A stretch of DNA of 64,000 nucleotides from the sequence record PZ386957.1; one strand, written 5' to 3'. The notes under the pieces were generated by a model that worked only from the letters and a program-made list of their open reading frames with translations, was not told the origin of the DNA and did not search any database. The position numbers were made by a program, and so were the translations under genes. Source of the DNA: a phage. Below are positions 25,651 through 34,826 of the stretch, in pieces. The first letter of the stretch is position 1. Each line of letters begins with the position of its first letter.

Positions 25651-27185
25651 AACATTCTCTTAACCTCCACCCATTCACCGTTAATCAATACTTCATCGTT
25701 AATATTAACAATAATTTTCTCACCTTGCAAGTCTAGCTCGAAAAACTCACCATCTACCATTTCTTCGGAGGTGGGAACACCAAACTGTAAACCAGTGATC
25801 GCCATAATGTTAAAAATTTCGGCATTTTTAACAATTGCAGTTTCTGGTTGTCCCCACGTTGTAAGAGTTTTACCTCGCAACGGGAAACCGCCATGTAAAT
25901 CTTGATCACGTACAGAGATCAGATAGTTGATCGCGGAATCACCTTCCGTCAAAAACAGGGTAGTTTCTGCGTCAGTTCCAATAAGGTTAGCTTTAACGTG
26001 TTTTGCTACCTTAGCCCGTTTTGCTGCCTTTGCTGCCTTAGTCGCTGCCGCTTTATCTGCTGCCTCTTTGCGTGCCAATACGACCGCGATAATAGGCATG
26101 ATAATATTTTCTTTCTTCGCAATGACTTTAGCCAGCTTTTTAAAATCCAGATCAATGTGACGCTTGATATCACCAGTAGGGTTAGTCAAACGTTCTTTCG
26201 TCTGGGAATCAAAACGCAAGTTAGGCAATTCACGAACAATCAAAATACAGGTCAAACCAGACTTAACCGCAGCTTTAGTAACATCAACTTTATATTCTTT
26301 CTTGATTCGTTTTACAATTTCCTCACATAGATCATCTGTTACATAGTCTACGTGTGTTCCCCCGTTTTTGGTAAACAGACCATTAGCAAAGGATACTGAT
26401 TTAAAACCTTCACCTTCAACCGCAGGAACTAGAGCAAGTGAAAAGTTTTTATCCTCGATGACAAACGGATCATCATTGTAGAGTTTAGCATACTCTTTGA
26501 ACTTGCTGGTGATTCTCTTTCCGTTAAACTTAAACGTGATTTTAGGAAAGATAACACTCAAAGAATACAGACGGTCACAAATCACATCTGCAATCTCTTG
26601 TGACATAATCATCCCTTCAAAATGATCAAAATCAGGACAAAATGTAACCTTTGTTCCCTTTAATTTTGATGGCTTAGATGACCATGTAATATTTTCCGCA
26701 CCGTTGGTACATTGTACGGTTAATTCATTCTCGCCATCGCACGTTACACCCGTAAACCATGCGGAGAAGTATGCAGTTAACGCGCTGCCGATCCCATTCA
26801 TTCCCATAGTAACGCGGTTGGTATCATCAAAGTTAGATCCGGCTTTAGCTCGTGTCCATGCAGCGACTGGTTGCGGGATCTGTTTTCCTTCCGGTGTCGT
26901 TACGATATGTTGAGGAATACCGCGACCATTATCCGTTACCGATACAATGTTATCTTGAATATCTACGCTGATTACATTAGCAAAATCAAAATTTGTTCGG
27001 ATTGCTTCGTCTACAGAGTTGTCGATGATCTCATCGATGATTTTAACTAGCCCAGGAACATATGATACAGTTGTCCATTTACCATACAGGAATCTATTAT
27101 GTGATTCGTATGTAGTAGACCCGATATACATCGATGGTCTCTTAAGGCAGTGAGCACGATCATCTAAGAGTAAAAATTCACTCAT
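25647..27185 (-). CDS. 39: DNA topoisomerase II large subunit gp39 (GyrB-like ATPase/Toprim)
   Basis: 512 aa; IIDNSVDEA, DNGRGIP, GKQIPQ, GLTCILIV and Toprim region typical of GyrB-type ATPase, as in T4 gp39. Confidence 0.92.
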   Translation of the reverse strand: MSEFLLLDDRAHCLKRPSMYIGSTTYESHNRFLYGKWTTVSYVPGLVKIIDEIIDNSVDEAIRTNFDFANVISVDIQDNIVSVTDNGRGIPQHIVTTPEGKQIPQPVAAWTRAKAGSNFDDTNRVTMGMNGIGSALTAYFSAWFTGVTCDGENELTVQCTNGAENITWSSKPSKLKGTKVTFCPDFDHFEGMIMSQEIADVICDRLYSLSVIFPKITFKFNGKRITSKFKEYAKLYNDDPFVIEDKNFSLALVPAVEGEGFKSVSFANGLFTKNGGTHVDYVTDDLCEEIVKRIKKEYKVDVTKAAVKSGLTCILIVRELPNLRFDSQTKERLTNPTGDIKRHIDLDFKKLAKVIAKKENIIMPIIAVVLARKEAADKAAATKAAKAAKRAKVAKHVKANLIGTDAETTLFLTEGDSAINYLISVRDQDLHGGFPLRGKTLTTWGQPETAIVKNAEIFNIMAITGLQFGVPTSEEMVDGEFFELDLQGEKIIVNINDEVLINGEWVEVKRML

Positions 27186-27284
27186 TATTAAACCTCTTCA
27201 TAACATATCCATAACTTACTGCAACCGACACAAAGACGGCTGCAACAATCATATTAAAAATTGAGTGATTGTCAAGTATATGAC

Positions 27285-27458
27285 TCATGATACGCGAACA
27301 TTTTTATCATAATACCCGCCATTGATACCGCGCGGGGCAGTTAATCCCTGTTTGCATTCTTTACCACATTCAGGGCATTCTGCCTTTTCACGCTCTGAAA
27401 TTTTGCGGATTTTCTGAAACTGACCGTGTTCTTCACAAGAATAATCATATAACGGCAT
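27285..27458 (-). CDS. FmdB-type zinc-ribbon protein (57 aa; start at internal Met)
   Basis: MPLYDYSCEEHGQF...CPECG; CxxC...CxxC zinc ribbon; ATG right after dexA stop with SD AAGGGGA. Confidence 0.5.
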   Translation of the reverse strand: MPLYDYSCEEHGQFQKIRKISEREKAECPECGKECKQGLTAPRGINGGYYDKNVRVS

Positions 27459-27459
27459 A

Positions 27460-28128
27460 TTATCCCCTTTGTTTCTTAACTGAATTTGGATCTGGATTTT
27501 CTGGTAGGTCTTCCAGACCCATAGCATAACGTTGTGCATAGATTAGCATAAGAATATCGCGAGCGCAATCATGAATTGCATCATGCGCGATAAATCCGTC
27601 TAGCGTACCCATTGGTAAAGGACATTCACACATACCACGATGCATTAATGTACGCTCAATGGCGGTACGAACATCTCGGATATTCCAGAATCGCACAGGT
27701 TCAAGATTGAACGTCTCACGGGTATTATGAGCACGTCGAATCATATCAACTAGCAACGGAATATCAAAAGCATTACCGCGTGACCACATTACGGATTTAA
27801 CCGGATCTACCCCTATAGACTCACAGAAAGCGTTAAAACGAGCTAATCCGGTGTTGGTTGATACTTCCGTACCATTTGTGATTAATTGCTTTCTCATGCC
27901 TTCTGAGGCGGTATTCTTCCACCATTCAACCACACCATGATCAAACACCCTTACACCTTTCTGGGAAGGAATATCAAATTTTACCAGAAAGGAATTATCA
28001 ACCAGTTCTTTAAAAGTCGGTGGATTGTGCGGATCTTCTTTAAAACCAATTGCAGCCATATTGATTACCGCTCCATCAGGCGGATAACCTAGACTTTCAA
28101 AGTCAATCATTAAATCCACTGGAAGCAT
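27460..28128 (-). CDS. dexA: exonuclease A (DnaQ-like 3'-5' exonuclease)
   Basis: 222 aa; IDFESLG, VEWWKN, NAFDIPLL, LEPVRFWNIRDVRT, CPLPMGTLDGFIAHDAIHDCARDI, YAQRYAMGLED match remembered T4 DexA. Confidence 0.9.
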   Translation of the reverse strand: MLPVDLMIDFESLGYPPDGAVINMAAIGFKEDPHNPPTFKELVDNSFLVKFDIPSQKGVRVFDHGVVEWWKNTASEGMRKQLITNGTEVSTNTGLARFNAFCESIGVDPVKSVMWSRGNAFDIPLLVDMIRRAHNTRETFNLEPVRFWNIRDVRTAIERTLMHRGMCECPLPMGTLDGFIAHDAIHDCARDILMLIYAQRYAMGLEDLPENPDPNSVKKQRG

Positions 28129-28371
28129 TTAAATATCCTCCGCGATGTGTCGGCATAACTCCAGATCGTTTTTATCCAGAATGAAACCGCTACAATCAAT
28201 AATTCCTTTACCGTAATTATCGGCTAACAGTCGGTCCGTTGCCATGTATGCGCGTACCTTGTTGTTAAAATTCATTACATGTTGTGCATAATCACAATGA
28301 ATCTTTTGACGGTTCCACGCAACAATTGATTGTAGATGTATTACATTAGCCATATCATTAATAACAACCAT
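28129..28371 (-). CDS. hypothetical protein (80 aa)
   Basis: ORF track; abuts dexA. Confidence 0.4.
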   Translation of the reverse strand: MVVINDMANVIHLQSIVAWNRQKIHCDYAQHVMNFNNKVRAYMATDRLLADNYGKGIIDCSGFILDKNDLELCRHIAEDI

Positions 28372-28372
28372 A

Positions 28373-28555
28373 TCAAAAACCTCGCTTAGTGAAATGTTCG
28401 ATCATTTTATTGATACATGCAGCTTCACTATCGCCGGACACGTTCCAGCCGTATAGACCCCATCTAAAACACATGGTAACAGTTCCATTGTGACGGCTGA
28501 CCGTCACATTATCAAATTCTGGGATACTTCGCATAATCATAATAATATTCCTCAA
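28373..28555 (-). CDS. hypothetical protein (60 aa)
   Basis: ORF track; 4-nt overlap with dda. Confidence 0.35.
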   Translation of the reverse strand: MRNIIMIMRSIPEFDNVTVSRHNGTVTMCFRWGLYGWNVSGDSEAACINKMIEHFTKRGF

Positions 28556-29943
28556 ATATAGTCTACACGATACCGCGCACGGGTAACACCGACATATAAT
28601 AACTGCATTGCCAATTCAAAGTCAACATTATCTGTACACATGCAAGGAGTATACAGGAACACGCGGTCTACGCTGATCCCTTGTGACTTATGAATGGTGC
28701 AAGCTGGCAATGCTTTTACATTCAAGAACATACGTTTCATCGTCCAGAAGGAATCCCAATCTGGTTTAAATTTTGGATTCTCTTTCTTCATTTCGCGATA
28801 TTGTCCGGCGACCGTATTCAGATAGATATAGAAAATGTTCTTCTGACGTTGTTCTGTCAGAATGTTGATTTCTACCAAATCTGGTTTATCTGTAGTGATT
28901 CCGACTGCATCTAAACCGACTTTCTGATTTAGGATTTCTTTGTCTTCGTCATCATCGACGCTTTCCACTTTCAGAGTATAGCCTAAAACTGGTTGCGGAT
29001 CTACCCCCGTGCAACGTAATGTAAATTCGCGCGGGATAACCTCTTTAACTCGGATCATCTCACCATTGTTAAAAATAACATTGGGAATCTTCTTCCCGCG
29101 TTCATCTCGCAGATATTCGATCAACGGTTCCTGAGTAACCAGAATTTCATCTACAATCACGGGTTCATCGGTGTTATAAACGCGCTTACGCACAATTTCA
29201 TTGAGTTTTTCGACGCTCTTGTTAGTGTAGGCCAGAATACGGTTTTCCAGCAAGTCTTCCGGCGTTTTAACGGCTTCAAAATAATGCTTCATGAACTCTG
29301 GCAGCGTTGAGCTATGGAATACACCCTCGTTGTCGCACTGCTTTTCGAATACCCATTTACCATTACGGACAGCGGTCGCCACATCAATTATTGGTGCATT
29401 GGATCGTTTAATCTCTGTAAGTTCTACATTCTGGAACTTTTCATCCGTGAAGAAAGGAGAAATTGACGTTGCACCACTCGGATCGACTGGTCGCAACTGG
29501 TGCGGATCTCCTACTGCAATAACCACAATTCGCCCGTTGATACTCTTCATGAGGATATCAAATAGTTTCTTATCGACCATACTCGCTTCATCAACAATGA
29601 TGATCTGCACATCATCAAGTTTAGGAGTATCTTTTTGCTCAAATACTTGAGTGTCTTCATAGTTGGTCGGATTGAGTCGCAGAAGTGCATGTAAGGTAAA
29701 CGCTTGACGGCCTACCGCTTTACTCAAAACCTTTTTAGCCTGGTGGGTAGGTGTTGCCAAAACCACACCAGTTACACCACGGCGGACCATTTCTTGAACA
29801 ATGAATTTCATCATTGCAGTTTTACCAGTACCAGCCGCACCACGGACCGTTGTGTGCTTCTTTTGTTCAATGCGTTTCATTAGAACATCAAAAGCATGTT
29901 TTTGTCCGTCTGTCAACATATCGAAAGTTAATACTCTGCTCAT
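28552..29943 (-). CDS. dda: Dda DNA helicase (SF1B)
   Basis: 463 aa; GAAGTGKT, ATPTHQAKKVLSK, VDEASMVD, GDPHQLRPV, ISPFFT, EIKRSNAPIIDVATAVRNGKW, LYVGVTRAR match remembered T4 Dda. Confidence 0.92.
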   Translation of the reverse strand: MSRVLTFDMLTDGQKHAFDVLMKRIEQKKHTTVRGAAGTGKTAMMKFIVQEMVRRGVTGVVLATPTHQAKKVLSKAVGRQAFTLHALLRLNPTNYEDTQVFEQKDTPKLDDVQIIIVDEASMVDKKLFDILMKSINGRIVVIAVGDPHQLRPVDPSGATSISPFFTDEKFQNVELTEIKRSNAPIIDVATAVRNGKWVFEKQCDNEGVFHSSTLPEFMKHYFEAVKTPEDLLENRILAYTNKSVEKLNEIVRKRVYNTDEPVIVDEILVTQEPLIEYLRDERGKKIPNVIFNNGEMIRVKEVIPREFTLRCTGVDPQPVLGYTLKVESVDDDEDKEILNQKVGLDAVGITTDKPDLVEINILTEQRQKNIFYIYLNTVAGQYREMKKENPKFKPDWDSFWTMKRMFLNVKALPACTIHKSQGISVDRVFLYTPCMCTDNVDFELAMQLLYVGVTRARYRVDYI

Positions 29944-30257
29944 TATCCTAAAATCCTCACCTTGCGAACACAGATAGTATTGAGTTCTCGTCGTACCCGT
30001 TCTTTTTCATATTCAGGAATTTTGTATTCTATACCATCCCGAACAATTTCAGAAGACCGGATTATACCAAATTTTCGTTTAGGTACAACCTTGTATTTCG
30101 GTTCACCCGCCAATAGACTCTCACAATAATCTATCTGATCACACATTGACGCTAACGCAGCATCATGTGTTTCGCAAGTTAGGACGCGACCTTTAGCGTC
30201 CACCGAGTATTGAAAGAATCCGTCTTTATCACGATAACATACAGCAAATACATGCAT
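29943..30257 (-). CDS. hypothetical protein (104 aa)
   Basis: ORF track; start overlaps dda stop. Confidence 0.4.
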   Translation of the reverse strand: MHVFAVCYRDKDGFFQYSVDAKGRVLTCETHDAALASMCDQIDYCESLLAGEPKYKVVPKRKFGIIRSSEIVRDGIEYKIPEYEKERVRRELNTICVRKVRILG

Positions 30258-31012
30258 TATAAACCTACCTTCGCTTTCATCAATTCAATCCACGACGCAT
30301 CAATCGGAAGCCCGTATTTCACGCGTTCTTTTTGTGCTGGCGTTAAGTTCTCATACTTAGAAAGAGATTCAATCAAAACGCTGGTATATTTTAGCACGAT
30401 TTCGGTATTGTTTGCAATAGCCTTAAGTTTTTCCTCTTTCTTGTTTATTTCGCTAAGGGCTTGCTTGAGATCTGCGATTTTCTGATAACGTTCCTCCATA
30501 CGGAAGAGAGTATTTTTAATCGCTCTTTCTGCTGCCTCTGCTTTCTCCGGTTCGTTGTGCTTTTTGTGGCGCTCGATTGCTAATTTCTTTTCTTCGATCG
30601 CCATTTCCTGATTCTTAATGCGACTCTCGTTAAGTTCGATCCATTCGATGTACTTCGCACGTAGGGCAATTTCATCATCAGAAAGTTTACCGTTAGTTCC
30701 TAGTTCCTGGATCTCTTTAAGAGATTCGATAGTGTGATTACCACGGAAAGAATTGTATTTCAGTTTAACCGGAATTACGTTGCCATCAACATAGCCCAGA
30801 TTGCAATCAATGCGCTCTAAGGAGAGTCCATCATCACCTTCACCGAAAGCCTCACCGGAATAGGCGCAATGAGTCTGACGGTAAATGTTGCGAACAGTGA
30901 CTAAGCTCATAGAGAAGTCTTTGTTACGACGTGAAGCGCCAGCCATGATAGAGTTCAGACGGAAAACAACCAGCGCCAATTCTTCGTTAGATTTAAAAGC
31001 AAACAGTTTCAT
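30257..31012 (-). CDS. srd: Srd-like protein (tentative, by size and position after dda)
   Basis: 251 aa with long C-terminal coiled coil; located where srd lies in T4. Assignment is from synteny and size only. Confidence 0.35.
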   Translation of the reverse strand: MKLFAFKSNEELALVVFRLNSIMAGASRRNKDFSMSLVTVRNIYRQTHCAYSGEAFGEGDDGLSLERIDCNLGYVDGNVIPVKLKYNSFRGNHTIESLKEIQELGTNGKLSDDEIALRAKYIEWIELNESRIKNQEMAIEEKKLAIERHKKHNEPEKAEAAERAIKNTLFRMEERYQKIADLKQALSEINKKEEKLKAIANNTEIVLKYTSVLIESLSKYENLTPAQKERVKYGLPIDASWIELMKAKVGL

Positions 31013-31073
31013 AATTGATTCTCCTTAGTTGGTATGTGTGTATTATTGTCTATCTGGTTTGTGTTGTCAACAC

Positions 31074-31577
31074 TTAAATTAAAGAAAATTTGTAAATTTC
31101 TATCAGGTCGCCGTTGCACGCGTAAACTTCCTCGATCTCATCTAAGATCATGGTCGTTCCGATCTTGTAAATGCACTCTCGCTCATCCGCTAACATCGCA
31201 TACAGAGACAAACGGGTAGTCGGGTTATCATATTCTTTCGACACCACGCGATCAATAGCATGTTCGTAATAATTCATGCAAGGCTTAGTTGGTTTTATTG
31301 CAATAACCTTCCCGGTTGCATAAACATCTGTTGCAAAGTCTTCTGCTGTTGATTGTAGTGGCGTAAAGCTCATAGGACGCTCTACAACGAAAGAATCACC
31401 CACAATTAAGGTATCCAGCTTACGACCTTCTCTTTTGCTCACACCGCGATACAGGGCTTCGTGGTGCACTAATCTTTCTGTCTTCTCAATAAGTGAATTA
31501 AGGATGTTCATGTCGATGTTATCCTTAGAGTTCATCACTTCATCAATAACATTAAGTTCTTCCGGTGTAAATTGCAT
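31074..31577 (-). CDS. putative ADP-ribosyltransferase (ModA/ModB-like), tentative
   Basis: R (LYRGVS), S-T (PLQSTAEDF) and E-x-E (ADERECIY) elements in ART-like order; start moved to Met with SD GGAGG. Low confidence. Confidence 0.35.
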   Translation of the reverse strand: MQFTPEELNVIDEVMNSKDNIDMNILNSLIEKTERLVHHEALYRGVSKREGRKLDTLIVGDSFVVERPMSFTPLQSTAEDFATDVYATGKVIAIKPTKPCMNYYEHAIDRVVSKEYDNPTTRLSLYAMLADERECIYKIGTTMILDEIEEVYACNGDLIEIYKFSLI

Positions 31578-31644
31578 AATAAAAAGCCTCCAATCTTTCG
31601 ACTGGAGGCATGATAAAACCATTATAGAGTAGTGTCAACTAATT

Positions 31645-32169
31645 TTAGTAGCCGCGTTCTTGACGGGCGAAATTTTCGGCATTTTTCAGGTAATACAGAA
31701 TAAACAATTCTTTAGCATCAATGCCCAACGGAATCAACTTAGACAAAATGAAATGGAGTGCGTCCACGGCCTCAAATTTCGCCTCAAGTTGGTCTTCTGG
31801 TGACAGTTCGGAGAATTTACGCGCTCGCGCTTCCCCGTGGTTCTTTTTCCATACTTTCCAAACCGCGCTTGCATCTTTACCGTTAGACATTCCACCTAGT
31901 GATGTGTAAAGCTCTCGTGTTTCGTCTGCGATTGCGTCATCCATCAGGCGCATCCAATCAAGGATTTCACCACAAGTCTCTAGCTTAGTTGGGTTCGCCA
32001 CCCAATCAAATTTTTCTGATAAAGAAACCTGTAGACCTGTTTGCATGTCCAGCATCACCTGAAACGGATCTTTACCGTCCATAATCGCACCATGATAAGC
32101 GGCGATTGCCGCATCGAGATCTTTTTCGTTAACCAGTTTAGCGCAAGAATTAAATTCTGACATATTCAC
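31645..32169 (-). CDS. 56: dCTP pyrophosphatase gp56
   Basis: 174 aa; DPFQVMLDMQ, ASAVWKVWKK, SPEDQLEAKFE, LYYLKNAENFARQERGY match remembered T4 gp56. Confidence 0.85.
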   Translation of the reverse strand: MNMSEFNSCAKLVNEKDLDAAIAAYHGAIMDGKDPFQVMLDMQTGLQVSLSEKFDWVANPTKLETCGEILDWMRLMDDAIADETRELYTSLGGMSNGKDASAVWKVWKKNHGEARARKFSELSPEDQLEAKFEAVDALHFILSKLIPLGIDAKELFILYYLKNAENFARQERGY

Positions 32170-32173
32170 CTCA

Positions 32174-33202
32174 TTAAAATTTACAATATTTCATAAACCG
32201 CATTTTAGCCATCAGACCTTGTACGGTGTTCTCTTTGATATATTCCATGATCTGGTCGCGTGTAGCGCCCTCGTCCTGAATCATGGCGTTAACGTCTTTA
32301 GAATGCCACGGGCAACGATCCCACAAAACAATCTTTTCCCCCGCATTGATAAACTTTTCCAGTCGGTGCATTGTATCGGCTGACCGTGGTTCCGCATCAA
32401 GTACAAACACTCGCTGGTCTGGGAAAGGGATTTCATCTAATCCCAGAGTACCGCCAGTAATTGCACACCCGTTATCAATAAACAATGAATCGATCGGACC
32501 TTCTAAGAAATACACTGGCTTACTCGGATCGGCGCGTTCAAGACCATAGACCTTACTCGCTAACTCGTGAGTTTTAATCGTCATATATTTGGTCTTTCCG
32601 TAATCCTTTCTCAATGCTCGCCCCTGAATGGATTCTATCTTGTTCTCGCGGTTAAAGATAGGAATCACTAAACGCGGTTCAGGTTGTGGATTCTTGAAAG
32701 TATCAGCCTTAATGTGATTTGCTACCTTTTGCCATTCTCTCGTGAAATACAGAAGATCCCATTTATCGTGGGGAATGCAACGATCACTGACATACTTTAT
32801 TATAGGATGATTAGCCGGAAGAGTATCTAATCTTTCACAGAAAGGCAATGTTTGCACTTTCTTAATTTCCGGCTTTTCAACTTTTTTCAGTGGTTTAAAC
32901 GTAGTGCTTTTATGATCGCCTTGTTCTTTTCGTCTTTCCATAAGCCATTCCCTGAATAGGTCCGGCTTATACTGCTTGAGGAACTCCCCTAGCGGCTGAT
33001 TATAGTTACAGTTGAAACAGCCGCATCGCAAACTATCTTTATATGTATAGATACGGAATCGCGCTTGAGTATGATTTTTCTTTGAGTCACCGCAGATCGG
33101 ACAACTTGCTACCAGTGTAAATGAGCTAGTATGCAACCGTTTAAAATTTCGTTCGCCGTATATGGCTTTTTCCGCTATTTCATAATCTGCGTAGTAAATC
33201 AT
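32174..33202 (-). CDS. 61: DNA primase gp61
   Basis: 342 aa; N-terminal zinc ribbon CPICGDS...CGCFNC, Toprim FLEGPIDSLF and VLDAEPR; T4 gp61 size. Confidence 0.9.
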   Translation of the reverse strand: MIYYADYEIAEKAIYGERNFKRLHTSSFTLVASCPICGDSKKNHTQARFRIYTYKDSLRCGCFNCNYNQPLGEFLKQYKPDLFREWLMERRKEQGDHKSTTFKPLKKVEKPEIKKVQTLPFCERLDTLPANHPIIKYVSDRCIPHDKWDLLYFTREWQKVANHIKADTFKNPQPEPRLVIPIFNRENKIESIQGRALRKDYGKTKYMTIKTHELASKVYGLERADPSKPVYFLEGPIDSLFIDNGCAITGGTLGLDEIPFPDQRVFVLDAEPRSADTMHRLEKFINAGEKIVLWDRCPWHSKDVNAMIQDEGATRDQIMEYIKENTVQGLMAKMRFMKYCKF

Positions 33203-33211
33203 AATAACCTC

Positions 33212-33415
33212 TTATAGCTCAAATTTCATGAAAGTTCCCACACTTTCATTTTCATTCTCTCCGTTTTCATCTAAGCCAAATTTGTAGACACTACCATCTG
33301 GCGATGTGTAAGAGAATACACGAAAACGGCCTACCGGATCAAGTTCTTCAAGAACATATTCTTTTCCGGCTTCAAAAAGTGCATATGTGCTTTTAAGACA
33401 TTTCATCGTAATCAT
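33212..33415 (-). CDS. hypothetical protein (67 aa)
   Basis: ORF track. Confidence 0.4.
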   Translation of the reverse strand: MITMKCLKSTYALFEAGKEYVLEELDPVGRFRVFSYTSPDGSVYKFGLDENGENENESVGTFMKFEL

Positions 33416-33603
33416 TTAAGCGCCACCGACAACAGAATGAGAACTACACCAACATACATTGTGATCTCGGATAACTTTTCTGTTTTTGTTTTGTGTCCAG
33501 ATAATCCGAAAACAACAACACCGATAATAGCGGACAGCAAGCCAACGATAAACATGATGATACTAAGCACCGTCTTTCTCCTTCTTGCGTTTTTCTTTAC
33601 CAA
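33412..33603 (-). CDS. small membrane protein (63 aa, two TM helices)
   Basis: Basic N-terminus then LSIIMFIVGLLSAIIGVVVFGL and ITMYVGVVLILLSVAL hydrophobic helices. Confidence 0.45.
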   Translation of the reverse strand: MVKKNARRRKTVLSIIMFIVGLLSAIIGVVVFGLSGHKTKTEKLSEITMYVGVVLILLSVALK

Positions 33604-33735
33604 CTACACTAGGTCCACGATTGGTAATAGATCCGCTCGTTTCCCCTGCTGCGATCTTCTCAGGATTGCCGCCAGCATCGCCAGCGGTCATATCTTCTTT
33701 GAGTTTATTTTCTTCAACAAACTGTTTAAAGCCAA

Positions 33736-34110
33736 TCATAGAATAATCTCTTTCAGTAAGTCAACAATCTGGTCTTTCGTCAGTTTATCCTGATTCTCTA
33801 CAATCTTGATAACACAAGCGTTAACGTCTTTTCGAGTCACGCGGGAGATCGTTTTAATACGATGAAACGGTTCGTAGAAATATACTGCTTCATTATAGAG
33901 CGCAGCAATTTTTCGACGCATTTGATCTTTATCCGCCAGAAAAACAATTGCAGTTTTCGGATCTACACCAGCCACATCATAAAGTTCGGCGACTCCCCAG
34001 CGTCCTTCCGGTTCAACCATACCAGCATGTTTACCGTTAATGAAGATGAGAACATCCCCGTTGTTCGCGGTTTTAAATGCTACATCTTCCGGCGTAATCA
34101 TATTTTTCAT
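33736..34110 (-). CDS. hypothetical protein (124 aa)
   Basis: ORF track. Confidence 0.4.
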   Translation of the reverse strand: MKNMITPEDVAFKTANNGDVLIFINGKHAGMVEPEGRWGVAELYDVAGVDPKTAIVFLADKDQMRRKIAALYNEAVYFYEPFHRIKTISRVTRKDVNACVIKIVENQDKLTKDQIVDLLKEIIL

Positions 34111-34140
34111 AATATAGTCTCCTTAGAGTTTCATTATAGA

Positions 34141-34776
34141 TCAATCGAATGTAGAAAGCAAATGTTTTGTTTCTTTCAGTTGTCGTTCAAGATCTTTGCG
34201 TTTCTCTTTAAGTTGCATTTTAGCATTATTTCGCTCTCTTGTAACCTCTTTATCAATGCTCTTATTCCACTTATCAATATCAGAATAAGTTGGCATACCC
34301 AATTCTAGACCTAATGCGGTTGGATACAGGGTAACAGTCCATAAACCGCTAATCTTCTTAAATAGGTCGGGGTGTAGTGTACTATCTACATCTTCCGGTG
34401 TCAACTCTTTTTCTTCTTTCAGTGGTGGGATCTCGTCATATGGTTCCAGTGCATTTACTTTAATATCAGATACCTCATCAAAGAATCCGCGTACATCCGC
34501 AGGAAATACACAAGCAATTTCCCAACCGTGATCACGCAGAGAAGTAATATTTTTCACTCCCCCACCATGTGTGATGATTGATGTGACATTGCCATCAAGG
34601 TCCACCGAATTTACGAGAAATGGCTTATCGTCTGTCAGATCATTATAAAACTGTGCTTCGGCTGTAGTCATCTCCAGAAACAGATCTCGGATCGGACGAC
34701 CATCAGGTGCGTTACCTTCCTTGAGAGTATAAAAGCGACTTACGATCCATTTTTGCGGTAAAGCATTAGCGATCAT
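34141..34776 (-). CDS. hypothetical protein (211 aa)
   Basis: ORF track; C-terminal coiled coil. Confidence 0.45.
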   Translation of the reverse strand: MIANALPQKWIVSRFYTLKEGNAPDGRPIRDLFLEMTTAEAQFYNDLTDDKPFLVNSVDLDGNVTSIITHGGGVKNITSLRDHGWEIACVFPADVRGFFDEVSDIKVNALEPYDEIPPLKEEKELTPEDVDSTLHPDLFKKISGLWTVTLYPTALGLELGMPTYSDIDKWNKSIDKEVTRERNNAKMQLKEKRKDLERQLKETKHLLSTFD

Positions 34777-34826
34777 GTTATATCTCCTATCAAATCATTC
34801 ACCAGCGCCCCGTAGGGCGCATTTTA

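Noticed and set aside
31645-32169. 174-aa ORF considered as a MazG-type anti-defence nucleotide pyrophosphatase
   Set aside because: Sequence blocks match remembered T4 gp56 dCTPase and it sits next to gene 61 as in T4; it is a core nucleotide-metabolism gene.
34795-34822. GC hairpin GCGCCC-CGTA-GGGCGC between gene 41 and the next gene, considered as a terminator
   Set aside because: On the coding (minus) strand it is not followed by a U-run; more likely an RNA stability or processing structure. Left unannotated.
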